Below, in pieces: positions 25,572 through 34,833 of a stretch of 64,000 nucleotides of DNA. The position numbers and the translations under genes are program-made. Numbering within the stretch: the first letter of the stretch is position 1; every line of letters starts with the position of its first letter. The DNA comes from a virus, in IMG/VR virus record IMGVR_UViG_3300044617_002308, positions 7,268 to 71,267 of that record, one strand, 5' to 3'. The notes under the pieces are model-generated. The model did not search any database. It saw nothing but the letters and a program-made list of their open reading frames with translations, and was not told the origin of the DNA.

Positions 25572-27326
25572 TCAACGGCATTCGGCGACGAGTTGGCGGG
25601 CGGGGCGGTAGTAGGCGCTGCGGCGGGCTTGGCGGGCGAGTTTGGTTTCTTCGCTCTCCATCACGCGGGCGGCGGGGAGAACATGGGCGAGGATGGCGAG
25701 GGCCATCACCCAGTCGTCGTGCGCGCCTTCGGCGGCGGCTTCGGTGCCGTCGGAATGAACGATGAAGTTGCGCAGTTCGGCGAGAATGCGCGGGCAGGGG
25801 ATTTCGAGTTCCTGTTCGCGGATCAAGGTGGCGAGTTCGCCGATGATCTGGCGCTTGGTGCTGGTGTTGGTTTGGAAGCCGGGGACCATCACGGTTTTGC
25901 CGGTGCCTTGCTTCTTGCGCATCCAGAGGTTTGCGCCGTGCCGGCGGATGAGTTCGATGATGCCGTGGAGGTTGTTGACTTCCGGGGCCATCAAGCACCC
26001 GCCGTAGAATTTGGAGAGGAGTGCGATGCGCTCGGCCACGATGTCCAAGTCTTTCTGGCGGTCGTCGGGCATGAAGGCGGCGACGATCGCGGCCTTGTGG
26101 GGTTCTTGGCTGTCGTCGATGTAGGCGGCGCGCGCGATGAGCGTGGCATGGCAGTCGCTTTCGCGGCGGGAGCCTGCGGCCTGCTCGCCGGTCATGAAGT
26201 CGTCGGCCCCGATGTAGCGGCGGCCTTCCTTGGGGAATTCCCAAATGCGCACCCAGGCTTCGTGGCGGGCGGTTTGGATGAAGGTGGGGGCGGCGGCTCC
26301 TTCGGGCTGTTCGAGGATGCCGTATTGAGGTTCTTGGCGCAGGGCGATCTGGTCGCTGAGGACATCGAGGCCTTCGGCGTCGAAGCGTCCAGAACCGCTT
26401 TGCAGAAAACAACTTATGGAGTCACTCGGATATTCTTGTTGAAACTTTCTTGGATCGCCGCCGCAGGCCGGGGAGTCGATGATTTGCCTGCGCCACTTGA
26501 GTTTGTCGGCGGTGACGCCGTGGCGTTCGACAAGGGCGATCTCGCCGTTGTAGCGGCTTTCGCTGTCGAGATCATCGAGGATCGCCTTCTCCTCGCCGGG
26601 GTGGAGCGGAGCGCGGCTGTCGTCGAATTCGAACCACGGGGCAAAGATGCGGATGTAGCCGTTGCCCTCGCGGCCCGCTTGGAATTCGGAAAAGTCCACG
26701 GCGTTTTGCCAGGTGTTGTAGAACACGCCCTGCGTTCCATTGGGTGTGGACTCGATGATCACGCAGGAGGAGGGGAGGTTCGGCACCGAGTTCATCACCG
26801 ACTGCATCACATACTCGCCGCTGGTTTTTCCTTTGGATCGGTAGTGCGCGGCTTCGGAGGCGAGGAGGAAATGGATGTCGCCGCCCATACCGGCGCGGGG
26901 ATCGTTGGCGGTTTCCTCGTAAACCTTGCTACCGTGACTGAACGCTCGCTTGCTCAAGGAGGGTTCATTGCCCCAATGCTTGAATTTGTCGTGCTCGACA
27001 TAGCGGTTCCAGGTCTCCATGAGCTTGGCGGTGGTGCCGAGGTCGTCGCCAAGCACGGCTCCGTAACCCATGTGGTTGCGTAGATGGGTGTAGGCCAGCG
27101 CGAGGGAGACGGTCGAGGAGCCTTTGCGCCGGGGTTTGAGGATGATGATCCGGCAGGGTTTCTGGTGGTCGCGGCACCAGCGGTAAACTCCGAAGACGCG
27201 CGCTTGGAAGCTATTGGCCGTTGGTCTGATCAACTCGCCAGCGCGGTTCAAAATCGTTCCGAAAACCTCGAACCAGAGTTGCGGGTCGGTGCGGATTTCG
27301 TAGGCGGCTTGTTCCTCTGGGGTCAT
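25572..27326 (-). CDS. terL: Terminase large subunit
   Basis: Walker A (IIILKPRRKGSST), Walker B (FLLASEAAH), coupling motif (IIESTPNG), RNase H-like nuclease motifs (YIGADDF...HDDWVMA). Confidence 0.93.
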   Translation of the reverse strand: MTPEEQAAYEIRTDPQLWFEVFGTILNRAGELIRPTANSFQARVFGVYRWCRDHQKPCRIIILKPRRKGSSTVSLALAYTHLRNHMGYGAVLGDDLGTTAKLMETWNRYVEHDKFKHWGNEPSLSKRAFSHGSKVYEETANDPRAGMGGDIHFLLASEAAHYRSKGKTSGEYVMQSVMNSVPNLPSSCVIIESTPNGTQGVFYNTWQNAVDFSEFQAGREGNGYIRIFAPWFEFDDSRAPLHPGEEKAILDDLDSESRYNGEIALVERHGVTADKLKWRRQIIDSPACGGDPRKFQQEYPSDSISCFLQSGSGRFDAEGLDVLSDQIALRQEPQYGILEQPEGAAAPTFIQTARHEAWVRIWEFPKEGRRYIGADDFMTGEQAAGSRRESDCHATLIARAAYIDDSQEPHKAAIVAAFMPDDRQKDLDIVAERIALLSKFYGGCLMAPEVNNLHGIIELIRRHGANLWMRKKQGTGKTVMVPGFQTNTSTKRQIIGELATLIREQELEIPCPRILAELRNFIVHSDGTEAAAEGAHDDWVMALAILAHVLPAARVMESEETKLARQARRSAYYRPARQLVAECR

Positions 27327-27344
27327 GAGGAGTGTGGTGGAAGT

Positions 27345-28856
27345 CTATGCTGTGATCGGAATCACTTTGCCGTCGCGGGTGAAGAAGCCGGTGGCTCCAC
27401 CTCGGCCTCCAGTTCCACCGGCGGGAGCATAGGCCGAAGCATTGTTCATGGCGGGAATTCCCTCCATCAATTCTTGCATGGGATCGGTTGGCAAATTGCC
27501 ATTCAGTTTATTCTTATCGGCTTTGGACAAAGGCTTGATGCCGCTCAAGTCTTCGTTTTTCTTGTCGCTGATTTTCTTTTCGCGGTCCTTGGCCTTGTCG
27601 GCGTATTCGGCAGCCATCTGGAGGGCGTGTTCCTTTTGCTCGGGGGTGGTGGCCTTGGCGGCTTTGTCGCGCCAGCGTTGTTCGACTTCGCGAAAGTCTT
27701 TGACTTGATCGTTTAGGTCGCGGGTTTCGGCGTTGCGCTTGCCTTGATCCACGATGGATTTTCGTTTCGCCGCATCAGACTCCATCAACTGGTGGTTTTT
27801 CTTGATGTCGTCGGCGGTGACTTTGTCGTCGGCTTTTTTGACGGACTCAGAAGCCATCGCTGCGTTCATCATGTCGCTCCGGTATGCGGCGTCCTCGGCG
27901 GCATTGGTGGGGGGATTCATTGTCCAATCCCTGCCACTTGGTTTTGCGCTCGATGATGGCGTGGACGATGGCTTTGGGGACGAGGCCGCTGGCGGGCCGG
28001 GTTTCGGCTTGGCGTTTTCGTAAGGTTGGACGTTGGTGAAGTTCCCATTGTAGCCGAGTTGCTTGGCCTTCGCTCTTTGTTCGGAGGCCGTCTGGTTCCA
28101 CATATTGGCGGCCCAAGTGTCTCCTTTGGCTTTTGCCCGGTCGGCTTGTTGTTGAAACGCCTGCGCTCGAAACGCAGCATTGTGGGCTGGGCTGTTTTGA
28201 GCTTCCCGGGCGGCCACGTCGGCTTTGGATTTTTCTGTGACTTGGCGGGTGCGCGGGCTAACGTCGTATTTTCCTCTTGAGGCGTTAGCTGCTTCGGCTC
28301 GCGGGACATAACCCAAGCCTTCCTTGGTGGCGTCACTGATGTATGCGCCTGGGGCGGCTTTGGCGGCGGCTTGTTCTGTCGAATAAATTGAGATTTTCGA
28401 AGTTGGGTTGCTGGAAGAATTGGTTTTTGCTAGGTTGTTCGCTTGATTGGCCAGTGCCTGCCATTTGGCGGCGGATGTTGCGTTTCCTTTTTTCAATTCT
28501 CGTTCCGCTATGTCCGCATAAAGATCGGAGCGCTTGGCAGCATTCGATGCCGAAATATTAGGATCGTATTTTGATCCATCGCCGGATTTCGGCATTGGAT
28601 CGAATTTTATTTTCCTGTTTTTTTCTACAAAATTTTTAACTTTATCTGGAATTTTTCGACCAGCTTTTTCGTGGCTATCAATTAAGGTAATAAATTCATC
28701 CGTAGTTAGCCCATACGCTGTAGGGTGGGGCATTGTGGGAACAGGATTTGCGGTAAATTTTTTTCCCATCTCCGCGTTGGAAATATTGCCACCTGTCCAT
28801 TGGGCGGGCGTATCATTCCAAAAATCATTTGGAAGTGGTATTTGTCGTGTTGCCAT
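27345..28856 (-). CDS. A/K/N-rich putative internal virion protein
   Basis: 503-aa ORF with a lower-GC 5' half, preceded by a 19-bp box. Its C-terminus (FFTRDGKVIPITA) resembles FFTEGSGASRRIVPITA in the giant protein and WRTIKGRKVLIA in 21347..22900. Confidence 0.6.
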   Translation of the reverse strand: MATRQIPLPNDFWNDTPAQWTGGNISNAEMGKKFTANPVPTMPHPTAYGLTTDEFITLIDSHEKAGRKIPDKVKNFVEKNRKIKFDPMPKSGDGSKYDPNISASNAAKRSDLYADIAERELKKGNATSAAKWQALANQANNLAKTNSSSNPTSKISIYSTEQAAAKAAPGAYISDATKEGLGYVPRAEAANASRGKYDVSPRTRQVTEKSKADVAAREAQNSPAHNAAFRAQAFQQQADRAKAKGDTWAANMWNQTASEQRAKAKQLGYNGNFTNVQPYENAKPKPGPPAASSPKPSSTPSSSAKPSGRDWTMNPPTNAAEDAAYRSDMMNAAMASESVKKADDKVTADDIKKNHQLMESDAAKRKSIVDQGKRNAETRDLNDQVKDFREVEQRWRDKAAKATTPEQKEHALQMAAEYADKAKDREKKISDKKNEDLSGIKPLSKADKNKLNGNLPTDPMQELMEGIPAMNNASAYAPAGGTGGRGGATGFFTRDGKVIPITA

Positions 28857-28864
28857 CCCGCAAC

Positions 28865-28883
28865 TTGTCTATCGTCTCGGCAA
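28865..28883 (-). promoter_or_regulatory. 19-bp box
   Basis: + strand ttgtctatcgtctcggcaa, 8 nt before ATG 28856; TTGACA lies immediately upstream on the minus strand. Confidence 0.7.
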
Positions 28884-28885
28884 TG

Positions 28886-29098
28886 TCAACGCTTTTGGCG
28901 TGACAGTTTTTCGCCGTTTTGCATGGCAAGCCACGTTACGGCCTTGCCGGAGTCTCCGACCTCGGCGGCGGAAACGCAGTTGTCGCTGATGACGCCGTGG
29001 CCTTGGAGTTCGTTCATGGCTTCCACTTCATCGAGGCCGGTGGCGGCGAGATAGTCTTGGAGACTGTTAGTCTTTGCAGAAGGCGGTGTCGTGGGCAT
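28886..29098 (-). CDS. Hypothetical protein
   Basis: 70-aa ORF in a tightly packed operon. Confidence 0.6.
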   Translation of the reverse strand: MPTTPPSAKTNSLQDYLAATGLDEVEAMNELQGHGVISDNCVSAAEVGDSGKAVTWLAMQNGEKLSRQKR

Positions 29099-29759
29099 TG
29101 CGGCGGCTGGTTTCGGCGTGCCAGGTGTTCGGGGCCATCACGCGGTAGTCGAGCGGGTGGCCGGGTTTGACGAACGAATCGTCCTTCCAAAGGATTCTGT
29201 TGTTGGGCTGGGCCGCGATCTGACCAGAACCATCCTCCAATAGGAGGAGGTGGTAGCATTTGTGTTCCGGCGGGTATTGGCTGTAGCCGTTGTCCGAATG
29301 GTCGAGGGTGAACCAATAGCTGGCATTCACCAGCGAGCCGTCGCGTTTGCGGAAGGCGCAGCCCATTTCGCGCAGATATTCGTAGCGGCAGACGGCGAAA
29401 TCCCACCCGTGCGCGTCCCACATTTGCAGGTCGGTGAGCGGGTGGACCGGCGCTCCTGCATCGGGGAGTTCCCAGCGCAGCATGTGCAAGGGGATTCGTG
29501 CCCATTGGGCACCGGACTCGCAGAGGATCGAAAAATGCAGGGCGCGGGAGGGGATCGAGGTGACGCCGAAAATCACGCAGGGTTCATAGCGCTTCGGGCG
29601 CGGGATGCGTTTTCGGAAAATCCAGCACAGGATTCGTCGCCACAACGTCTCGGGATGGACCGCTGGCGGGTCGGGTTCCAGTCCTTGGAGGATCGTCCGC
29701 CGCACGAAACCATACAGGTGCTGTGGGACGCTGGCGTTCATGGCGTGGTGGTTGGTCAT
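29067..29759 (-). CDS. Conserved phage protein of unknown function
   Basis: Motifs CVIFGVTSIPSRA, LQMWD, YWFTLD, EHKCYH and AAQPNNRILW resemble a family I recall from aquatic phages. Start trimmed to ATG 29759. Confidence 0.65.
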   Translation of the reverse strand: MTNHHAMNASVPQHLYGFVRRTILQGLEPDPPAVHPETLWRRILCWIFRKRIPRPKRYEPCVIFGVTSIPSRALHFSILCESGAQWARIPLHMLRWELPDAGAPVHPLTDLQMWDAHGWDFAVCRYEYLREMGCAFRKRDGSLVNASYWFTLDHSDNGYSQYPPEHKCYHLLLLEDGSGQIAAQPNNRILWKDDSFVKPGHPLDYRVMAPNTWHAETSRRNAHDTAFCKD

Positions 29760-30007
29760 GGCGTGGGTTGGAAAAGGCGGCGGATGCGGTCGATCCAGTT
29801 TTCTGATGGCGGGGGCGGAAGGCGGAATTGGCGTTTGGGTTTGTATCGGCCACGGCGGGTGTCTTTGTGCAACCACTGATCCACGCTGGTTTCGGCGGTG
29901 TAGAACGCCTGTCGGCATTTCAGGCAGCGGCGGCGGCGGGCCACACCGTGCAGGAACCGGCGGGTATCGAGCACCTTTGTGCTGGCTTGGCAATTCGGGC
30001 AGGTCAT
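29756..30007 (-). CDS. NrdR-like zinc-ribbon protein
   Basis: MTCPNC...TKVLDTR...RRRRCLKCRQAFYTAE matches the NrdR N-terminal Zn ribbon; no ATP-cone. Confidence 0.75.
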   Translation of the reverse strand: MTCPNCQASTKVLDTRRFLHGVARRRRCLKCRQAFYTAETSVDQWLHKDTRRGRYKPKRQFRLPPPPSENWIDRIRRLFQPTP

Positions 30008-30025
30008 TGTCAATCGTCTCGGCAG
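30007..30025 (-). promoter_or_regulatory. 19-bp box abutting a start codon
   Basis: + strand ttgtcaatcgtctcggcag; its last base is the A of ATG 30007. Confidence 0.65.
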
Positions 30026-30234
30026 GTTGTTTTTTTCCGTTTCTTGGCGGTCTTGCGCTGGCGCGGGGCGTCGTCATACCACTCGGCAAAGTGGCCGAAG
30101 TCGCGTGGTTGTGTCACTTCGGCATTCTTTCCGCACACATCGCAGCGCCCGTAGTGCCAGCAGGAGACTTCCTTCTGGCGGGTGCCGTGTTCAAGACCGC
30201 AGGGCTGACAGGTCCAGTTCGGGTAGGGTTTCAC
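30010..30234 (-). CDS. Small CxxC...CxxC zinc-finger protein
   Basis: YPNWTCQPCG...WHYGRCDVCG...VTQPRDFGHF; paralog at 32290..32499. Confidence 0.7.
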   Translation of the reverse strand: MKPYPNWTCQPCGLEHGTRQKEVSCWHYGRCDVCGKNAEVTQPRDFGHFAEWYDDAPRQRKTAKKRKKTTCRDD

Positions 30235-30533
30235 GGGTTGAAAACACGGCGCAGTTTTTTCAACACGCGGCGGGTGATTCGGCGCTTTCCGGTTTCAAGG
30301 TCGCTCCAGTGAGGGCCGGAAATGCCGATGCGCTCGGCGGCGGCGCGCATCGAGAGGTTTTCGGTTTCGCGGATGGCATGGAGCACTTGCCCCATGGGGA
30401 CGCGCAGGCGCTCGGCGGTCTTTTGCGCGGCACTGATCGTGTTGAGGGCGACCTCGTATTCGAGGAAGGTTTCCGAGGCGGAGGATGAGGTGGTTCTTGC
30501 GCGGAACGCGGTGAGTATGTTGCGAAGGATCAT
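30231..30533 (-). CDS. XRE-family HTH protein
   Basis: IRETENLSMRAAAERIGISGPHWSDLETGKR. Confidence 0.8.
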   Translation of the reverse strand: MILRNILTAFRARTTSSSASETFLEYEVALNTISAAQKTAERLRVPMGQVLHAIRETENLSMRAAAERIGISGPHWSDLETGKRRITRRVLKKLRRVFNP

Positions 30534-30997
30534 GGTGTTTTTTTCAGGGTGATTTTGAGAGGAGGTTCGTGGAGGAGTTCGGCGATGGTTTCGCGCAGGC
30601 GGGCGCGCTCCTCGGTGAGTTTCTTGATTTTGTCGTGGAGTCCTTCCAGTTCCTTCACCATGCGGTCGTGGTGTTCCGCTTCGCGTTGGGCATCAAGGCG
30701 GAGGATGTCTCGCTCGGCTTGCGCTTCCTCACATCTCCGCTCCAAATCCCGAACGCGCTCGGTTGTCCACGCTTCCCATCCGATGCCCTCGCGCAGCCAA
30801 TGGGCGTGAACCCGGTGCGGGTCGTTGAGCATTGCAATCGCTTCATTGCGATCGCCTTCCATTGCTGAAAACTCTTCGCGAATAGTAGCCAGTTCAGATT
30901 CTGTGAGAATAAGCCAACCCTGTGGGGCTTTGTGTTTGTTCAGCCATTCGGCTCGGAGTTTGGCTTCTTCCAGGTTTGCTTCTGGCGTGTCGCTCAT
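30530..30997 (-). CDS. Coiled-coil phage protein (MSDTP-type)
   Basis: 155-aa ORF with 4-nt overlaps on both sides. Confidence 0.65.
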   Translation of the reverse strand: MSDTPEANLEEAKLRAEWLNKHKAPQGWLILTESELATIREEFSAMEGDRNEAIAMLNDPHRVHAHWLREGIGWEAWTTERVRDLERRCEEAQAERDILRLDAQREAEHHDRMVKELEGLHDKIKKLTEERARLRETIAELLHEPPLKITLKKTP

Positions 30998-31281
30998 TTC
31001 GCGCCCTCCAGTGCCTTCTTTGCTTTATTTCGCGCCCAATTTCCTATGTTGTCGAAGTGGCTTGCATTTGCAATTTCTCGCAGGGTAGCAATTGCCTCAT
31101 CGCGCTCGCCGCAGACTTTATTGATCGCTAGCATGTGTTCGGTAGCTTCGATGTCGAATTTCTCCAGCGCCGCGTCGCGTTCGCGTTCCAGTTTGCGGGA
31201 AAAGTCGGCATCCACCACCTCTCCACCCTGTCCGGCGAAGGGATCGAAGGCGGCGGTGTTGGTTTCGGGCGTGTCGCTCAC
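30994..31281 (-). CDS. Phage protein (MSDTP...ERERD type)
   Basis: GTG start at 31281 overlapping the upstream stop. Confidence 0.6.
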   Translation of the reverse strand: MSDTPETNTAAFDPFAGQGGEVVDADFSRKLERERDAALEKFDIEATEHMLAINKVCGERDEAIATLREIANASHFDNIGNWARNKAKKALEGAK

Positions 31282-31841
31282 AAGTCCCTCCATTTCTTGC
31301 CGGTGCGCTCGTTGTAAAACGCCGTGAGTCCGGCCATGCAGAGTTGCCATTGGCAGGTTTTCCCGTCCGTGATGCGAATCCCCATGAGGCCCACCTTGTC
31401 GATGAGGTCGTGCAGATCGCTCCAGTCCTCGGGCGCGTCGTGGGTTTTGGCTTTGCTTGCGGAGATCGCGGGCTTTGGCGGGGCGGTTGGTTCGCCGTAG
31501 CACACGCCCTCGGTGTCGTGGCTGTCGAGGCCCCAATACAGGCGGATGTAAACAAACGGACGGCGCTCGTCCTCGTCGATCCCGCTCTGGTAAATGGCGG
31601 TGAATCCTCCCGAGGACGATCCACAGCGGGTGCGAGCCGCTTCGCGGAGCATTTCGCGGGCGGCTCGGCGCAGGCGGCGCTCGTCGGGGAATTCCATTTC
31701 CTGCGCGCTCTCCTCGGTGCGCCATTTCCAGTCCACGGCCCGCATCATTTGCTCCACTTGGCCGAAATCAAAGGTGTCCATGATCTCGTCGATGATCTCG
31801 GTGCAAGCGTCGTCGTGGGTTTTGGGTGCGGTTTTGGTCAT
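31278..31841 (-). CDS. Hypothetical phage protein
   Basis: ATG 31841; IIDEIMDTFDFGQVEQMMRAVDWKW...SSSGGF pattern; 4-nt overlaps. Confidence 0.65.
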   Translation of the reverse strand: MTKTAPKTHDDACTEIIDEIMDTFDFGQVEQMMRAVDWKWRTEESAQEMEFPDERRLRRAAREMLREAARTRCGSSSGGFTAIYQSGIDEDERRPFVYIRLYWGLDSHDTEGVCYGEPTAPPKPAISASKAKTHDAPEDWSDLHDLIDKVGLMGIRITDGKTCQWQLCMAGLTAFYNERTGKKWRDL

Positions 31842-32293
31842 GGGTTTGTCGAAACAGGGGGTTCTTTGGGCAAGGGCTTTCCGTAATGCCGGCGGATCTT
31901 CTCGAAAAACCGCTCGCGGGCGGTGCCGTGTTGAAAATCCGGCCCGGTTTTTTCCACCTTGGCCCAGTAGTCGAGGATGCGGTCGCTCATGCGGCGGGGG
32001 CTTTCCTCCAGTAGGCTTTTGTAGGGCGAGAGCACGCCCTGCCAGTAGCCGGAGGCGAGGTCGGCGAGGATGTCCTCGGCCTCGGTGAGCCGTTGGCAGG
32101 CTTGGGCGCGTTCGCGCACGGCGCGCTGCTCGGTCAAAACGCTGTTGGCCCAGCCGTCTTGGCAGGGGTGGAGTTCGCGCAGGCGCTCGGCGGCTTCGCG
32201 TAGGCAAAGCGCGGGCACGTCGTCGGGGCTCTGGATGTCGCGGGCGAGGACATCGAGCGCGCCGGCCAGCGTGAGGGTGTCGCTTCGTTTCAT
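31838..32293 (-). CDS. Hypothetical protein
   Basis: ATG 32293 with ATGA overlap. Confidence 0.6.
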   Translation of the reverse strand: MKRSDTLTLAGALDVLARDIQSPDDVPALCLREAAERLRELHPCQDGWANSVLTEQRAVRERAQACQRLTEAEDILADLASGYWQGVLSPYKSLLEESPRRMSDRILDYWAKVEKTGPDFQHGTARERFFEKIRRHYGKPLPKEPPVSTNP

Positions 32294-32499
32294 TGGGCGG
32301 GGCTTTGGGGGTTGGGCGAGGGCCAGAACGGGAAATGCCGGAAGTCGCGGGGCTCGGTGACGGGTTTTTCCTGCCCGCACACGCCGCAAATTCCGGTGTG
32401 CCAGGTGGAGACATGGCCCTCGGGCATTCCGCGGCCATAGTCTTCGCCGCAGTCGCGGCATGTCCAGACGGGATAGGGTGGCGGTTCGGAGGCGTTCAT
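32290..32499 (-). CDS. Small zinc-finger protein, paralog of 30010..30234
   Basis: YPVWTCRDCG...WHTGICGVCG...VTEPRDFRHF. Confidence 0.7.
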   Translation of the reverse strand: MNASEPPPYPVWTCRDCGEDYGRGMPEGHVSTWHTGICGVCGQEKPVTEPRDFRHFPFWPSPNPQSPAQ

Positions 32500-32687
32500 T
32501 CGCGCAGGATTCGCAGCACGTCGGGGTTGCTTTTCCAACCGAGGCGCTCGGCCAGCCCGCGGACGCGGCGTTTTTTCTTTGCCGGAGCGGGAGCGGGCAG
32601 GTTGTGCTTTTGGGACAGGTGGCGCACGGCGGACAGGGTGGCCTCGTAGTCGTAGGGTTGCGGGTGGATGGTTTTGGCGTGGTTCAT
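32496..32687 (-). CDS. Hypothetical protein
   Basis: ATG 32687 with ATGA overlaps. Confidence 0.55.
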   Translation of the reverse strand: MNHAKTIHPQPYDYEATLSAVRHLSQKHNLPAPAPAKKKRRVRGLAERLGWKSNPDVLRILRE

Positions 32688-33127
32688 CGATGCTTGGCGG
32701 TTTTGGCGGCGATTTTCTTGGGTTGGCTGGCGAATTGCTCCCCGGCGCGGGTCGCTTCGCGCTTGGCTTGGCTGGTGGCGCGGTATTCGGCGGGCGTGAG
32801 GGCGGCAATCGCGCGCTTGGGCAGGTAACGCTCGCCCGTGGCCTCGGGCCCTTGGGTGCTGGGCTTGCCGCTCTTGGTTCCCCATTTTTCGCGGGTCCAT
32901 TTGTCGAGGCTTTTCTGGGGCGCGGCCTTCCCGCTGCGGTAGCCGCCACCGGCTTTCTTGTATTCGGCGGCGAGCATCTGGGCCTTGCGGGCGCTCCATT
33001 GGCCCGGTGCCCCGCCCTTGTCGCCGGCGAGGAGGCGGTTTTTGAGGCGCTCTCGGAGCGCGGGCTGGGTGTAGGTGGGTTTTTTCATGTCACAGGCTTT
33101 GCATCCGCAGGGTTTCCCGGCTTTCAT
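32684..33127 (-). CDS. Basic phage protein, DUF5872-like
   Basis: YTQPALRERLK...GDKGG.PGQWSARKAQMLAAEYKKAGGGY...QKSLDKWTREKW...GERYLP; family name recalled from memory. Confidence 0.7.
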   Translation of the reverse strand: MKAGKPCGCKACDMKKPTYTQPALRERLKNRLLAGDKGGAPGQWSARKAQMLAAEYKKAGGGYRSGKAAPQKSLDKWTREKWGTKSGKPSTQGPEATGERYLPKRAIAALTPAEYRATSQAKREATRAGEQFASQPKKIAAKTAKHR

Positions 33128-33447
33128 GGTTCCTTCACAAAGGTTCCCTCGGGCGTGAGATAGCCTTTGCGGTCCTTGATCTCCTCGTAGGCGCTGGCGA
33201 GGCAGTCGGTGAGCTTCAGTCCGCGGATCGCGGCGTAATTGATCAGGCACACCAGCACGTCGCCGAGGCCGTCGATCACTCCGGCGGTGTCGTGCTTGGC
33301 GTGGGCGTCGGCCAGTTCGCCCATCTCGGCGATGGCTTTCAAAAGCTGGCTGGTTGTGGTCGAGTTCTGGATGATCTGGCGGGCTTTCGCCCAGGCGATC
33401 ACGCTGGCTTCGAGGGTTTCGTAGGTGGTTGGGTTCATGGTTTGCAT
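33124..33447 (-). CDS. MazG-like NTP pyrophosphohydrolase
   Basis: VIAWAKARQI...QLLKAIAEMGELA...DGLGDVLVCL...AYEEIKDRKG...GTFVKE. Confidence 0.85.
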   Translation of the reverse strand: MQTMNPTTYETLEASVIAWAKARQIIQNSTTTSQLLKAIAEMGELADAHAKHDTAGVIDGLGDVLVCLINYAAIRGLKLTDCLASAYEEIKDRKGYLTPEGTFVKEP

Positions 33448-33911
33448 TAAAAAACTTCCTGCGGATCGCAAAACCGCACATGCTTCACCGGCACGGTGTA
33501 GTTGCGGCATTTGCGGCCCTGCTTGGCGTCGAAAACCTCTTCGATCTGCCAGTGCCGGCGCGTCCACCCGTAAACCACCGCGGCGGCGGTGCGCTCCGCG
33601 TTCTCGATCACATAGGCGAAAACCGGATCGCCGGCCTTGGTTTCCACCTTGTAGGCTTCGTCCACGATCACGGTCGGGTAGGGGTAGTCTTCGCGGGAGC
33701 GGAAATGCAGGTTGCGCACCTTGTGCTCCACGCGGCCCTGCACCATCAGGTCTCCGGCGTCCGCATACTCCTCCCGCTGCGCCGCATCCGGGCGCGTCCG
33801 CTGGGGCGGCAGCCAGACCTTCAAGCCCTTTTGCCGCAATTTGTCGGCAAAGTCGTTCACCGCCCTGCGGCTGGAATCCAAATCGTTGAGAAAATCCTTG
33901 TCGCTTTTCAC
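33447..33911 (-). CDS. Putative PD-(D/E)XK nuclease
   Basis: DAGDL...RVEHKVR pattern. Confidence 0.6.
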   Translation of the reverse strand: MKSDKDFLNDLDSSRRAVNDFADKLRQKGLKVWLPPQRTRPDAAQREEYADAGDLMVQGRVEHKVRNLHFRSREDYPYPTVIVDEAYKVETKAGDPVFAYVIENAERTAAAVVYGWTRRHWQIEEVFDAKQGRKCRNYTVPVKHVRFCDPQEVF

Positions 33912-34135
33912 TTGGGCGTCTCAGCGGGGTGGTATTTTTCAAGCATCGCGTGCGCGATGTCCTCGATGGCGTGGGCGAGGTGAAAAAGCGCCCAGTCCTG
34001 GCGGGTAAGGGGCTCGGGCGGCTGGTTCTTCCCGGCGCAGATGTCGCGGGCGATCGAACAGGAGAGTTTTGCGCGGTAGAGTTCCGCGCTGCGGGCGAGT
34101 TCGCCGAGCTTTTTGGGTGAGCGGGGTTGGCTCAT
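33908..34135 (-). CDS. Hypothetical protein
   Basis: 75-aa ORF downstream of a 19-bp box. Confidence 0.6.
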   Translation of the reverse strand: MSQPRSPKKLGELARSAELYRAKLSCSIARDICAGKNQPPEPLTRQDWALFHLAHAIEDIAHAMLEKYHPAETPK

Positions 34136-34166
34136 GGAGCCGGGAAGTTTTCACAGCCCCCGGTAA

Positions 34167-34185
34167 TTGTCAAATGTTTTGGCAA
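34167..34185 (-). promoter_or_regulatory. 19-bp box
   Basis: + strand ttgtcaaatgttttggcaa. Confidence 0.55.
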
Positions 34186-34310
34186 TTCATGGCGGGTTGT
34201 TCACACGCGTGTGAATTGTTCACGATGGGGCTCCGCCCCAGGGCCCCGATGCTCGCCGCATAGGCGTTCGGGGGTAACGCGATACTAAGGCACGGGCGTG
34301 CCCCTGTTTT

Positions 34311-34514
34311 TCAAGGCTTCGCGGGGCGGATGGAAAAGCCGATCTCGCCCACCGGAATGGCCTGCCCTCGGCATCCTCTCCAGTAGCCTTGGGCCTCCAA
34401 AAGCACCACGCGCTTGTCGATCACCGAAAACGCCTCGCGCAGCCCCACAGGTTCAGGCGTCAACGGGATTTCCGGCTCTCCCTCCACAATCGGGAAAATG
34501 TCGTATTTTGTCAT
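34311..34514 (-). CDS. Hypothetical protein
   Basis: ATG 34514 (MTKYDIFP...). Confidence 0.5.
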   Translation of the reverse strand: MTKYDIFPIVEGEPEIPLTPEPVGLREAFSVIDKRVVLLEAQGYWRGCRGQAIPVGEIGFSIRPAKP

Positions 34515-34583
34515 GGGCGCGCTCGGTGCTTCCGGTGAATCCACCGAATCGATCCGCGCTTCAATCAAAAACTCGCCGGCGGA

Positions 34584-34823
34584 TTACTTTTTCTTCCGCT
34601 TCTTGCTTTTCTTCGGGCGCTGGGGCGGATCGTCGGGACCGAAATCATCGTAGCTCCAGATCGGCTTTCCGGTGTCTTCAAGGAACGGAAAATGCCGTGT
34701 GCAGGATCGCACCCGCTGCCGCATCTCGGCCACCGTCTTCGGCCTCTTCTGCGGGTCCATCAAATCCCACAGAAAATCCCGCGTCTTGCGCAGGGCCCCG
34801 TATTGCTCAAAGCGCAGGCTCAT
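34584..34823 (-). CDS. Conserved small phage protein
   Basis: MSLRFEQYGALRKTRDFLWDLMDPQKRPKT...CTRHFP; ATG 34823. Confidence 0.65.
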   Translation of the reverse strand: MSLRFEQYGALRKTRDFLWDLMDPQKRPKTVAEMRQRVRSCTRHFPFLEDTGKPIWSYDDFGPDDPPQRPKKSKKRKKK

Positions 34824-34833
34824 AGGGAAAGAA

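Noticed and set aside
34190-34310. A fourth ncRNA (hairpins ggcacgggcgtgcc and ttcacacgcgtgtgaa)
   Set aside because: Isolated short hairpins without an enclosing stem; not enough support beyond a possible regulatory leader.
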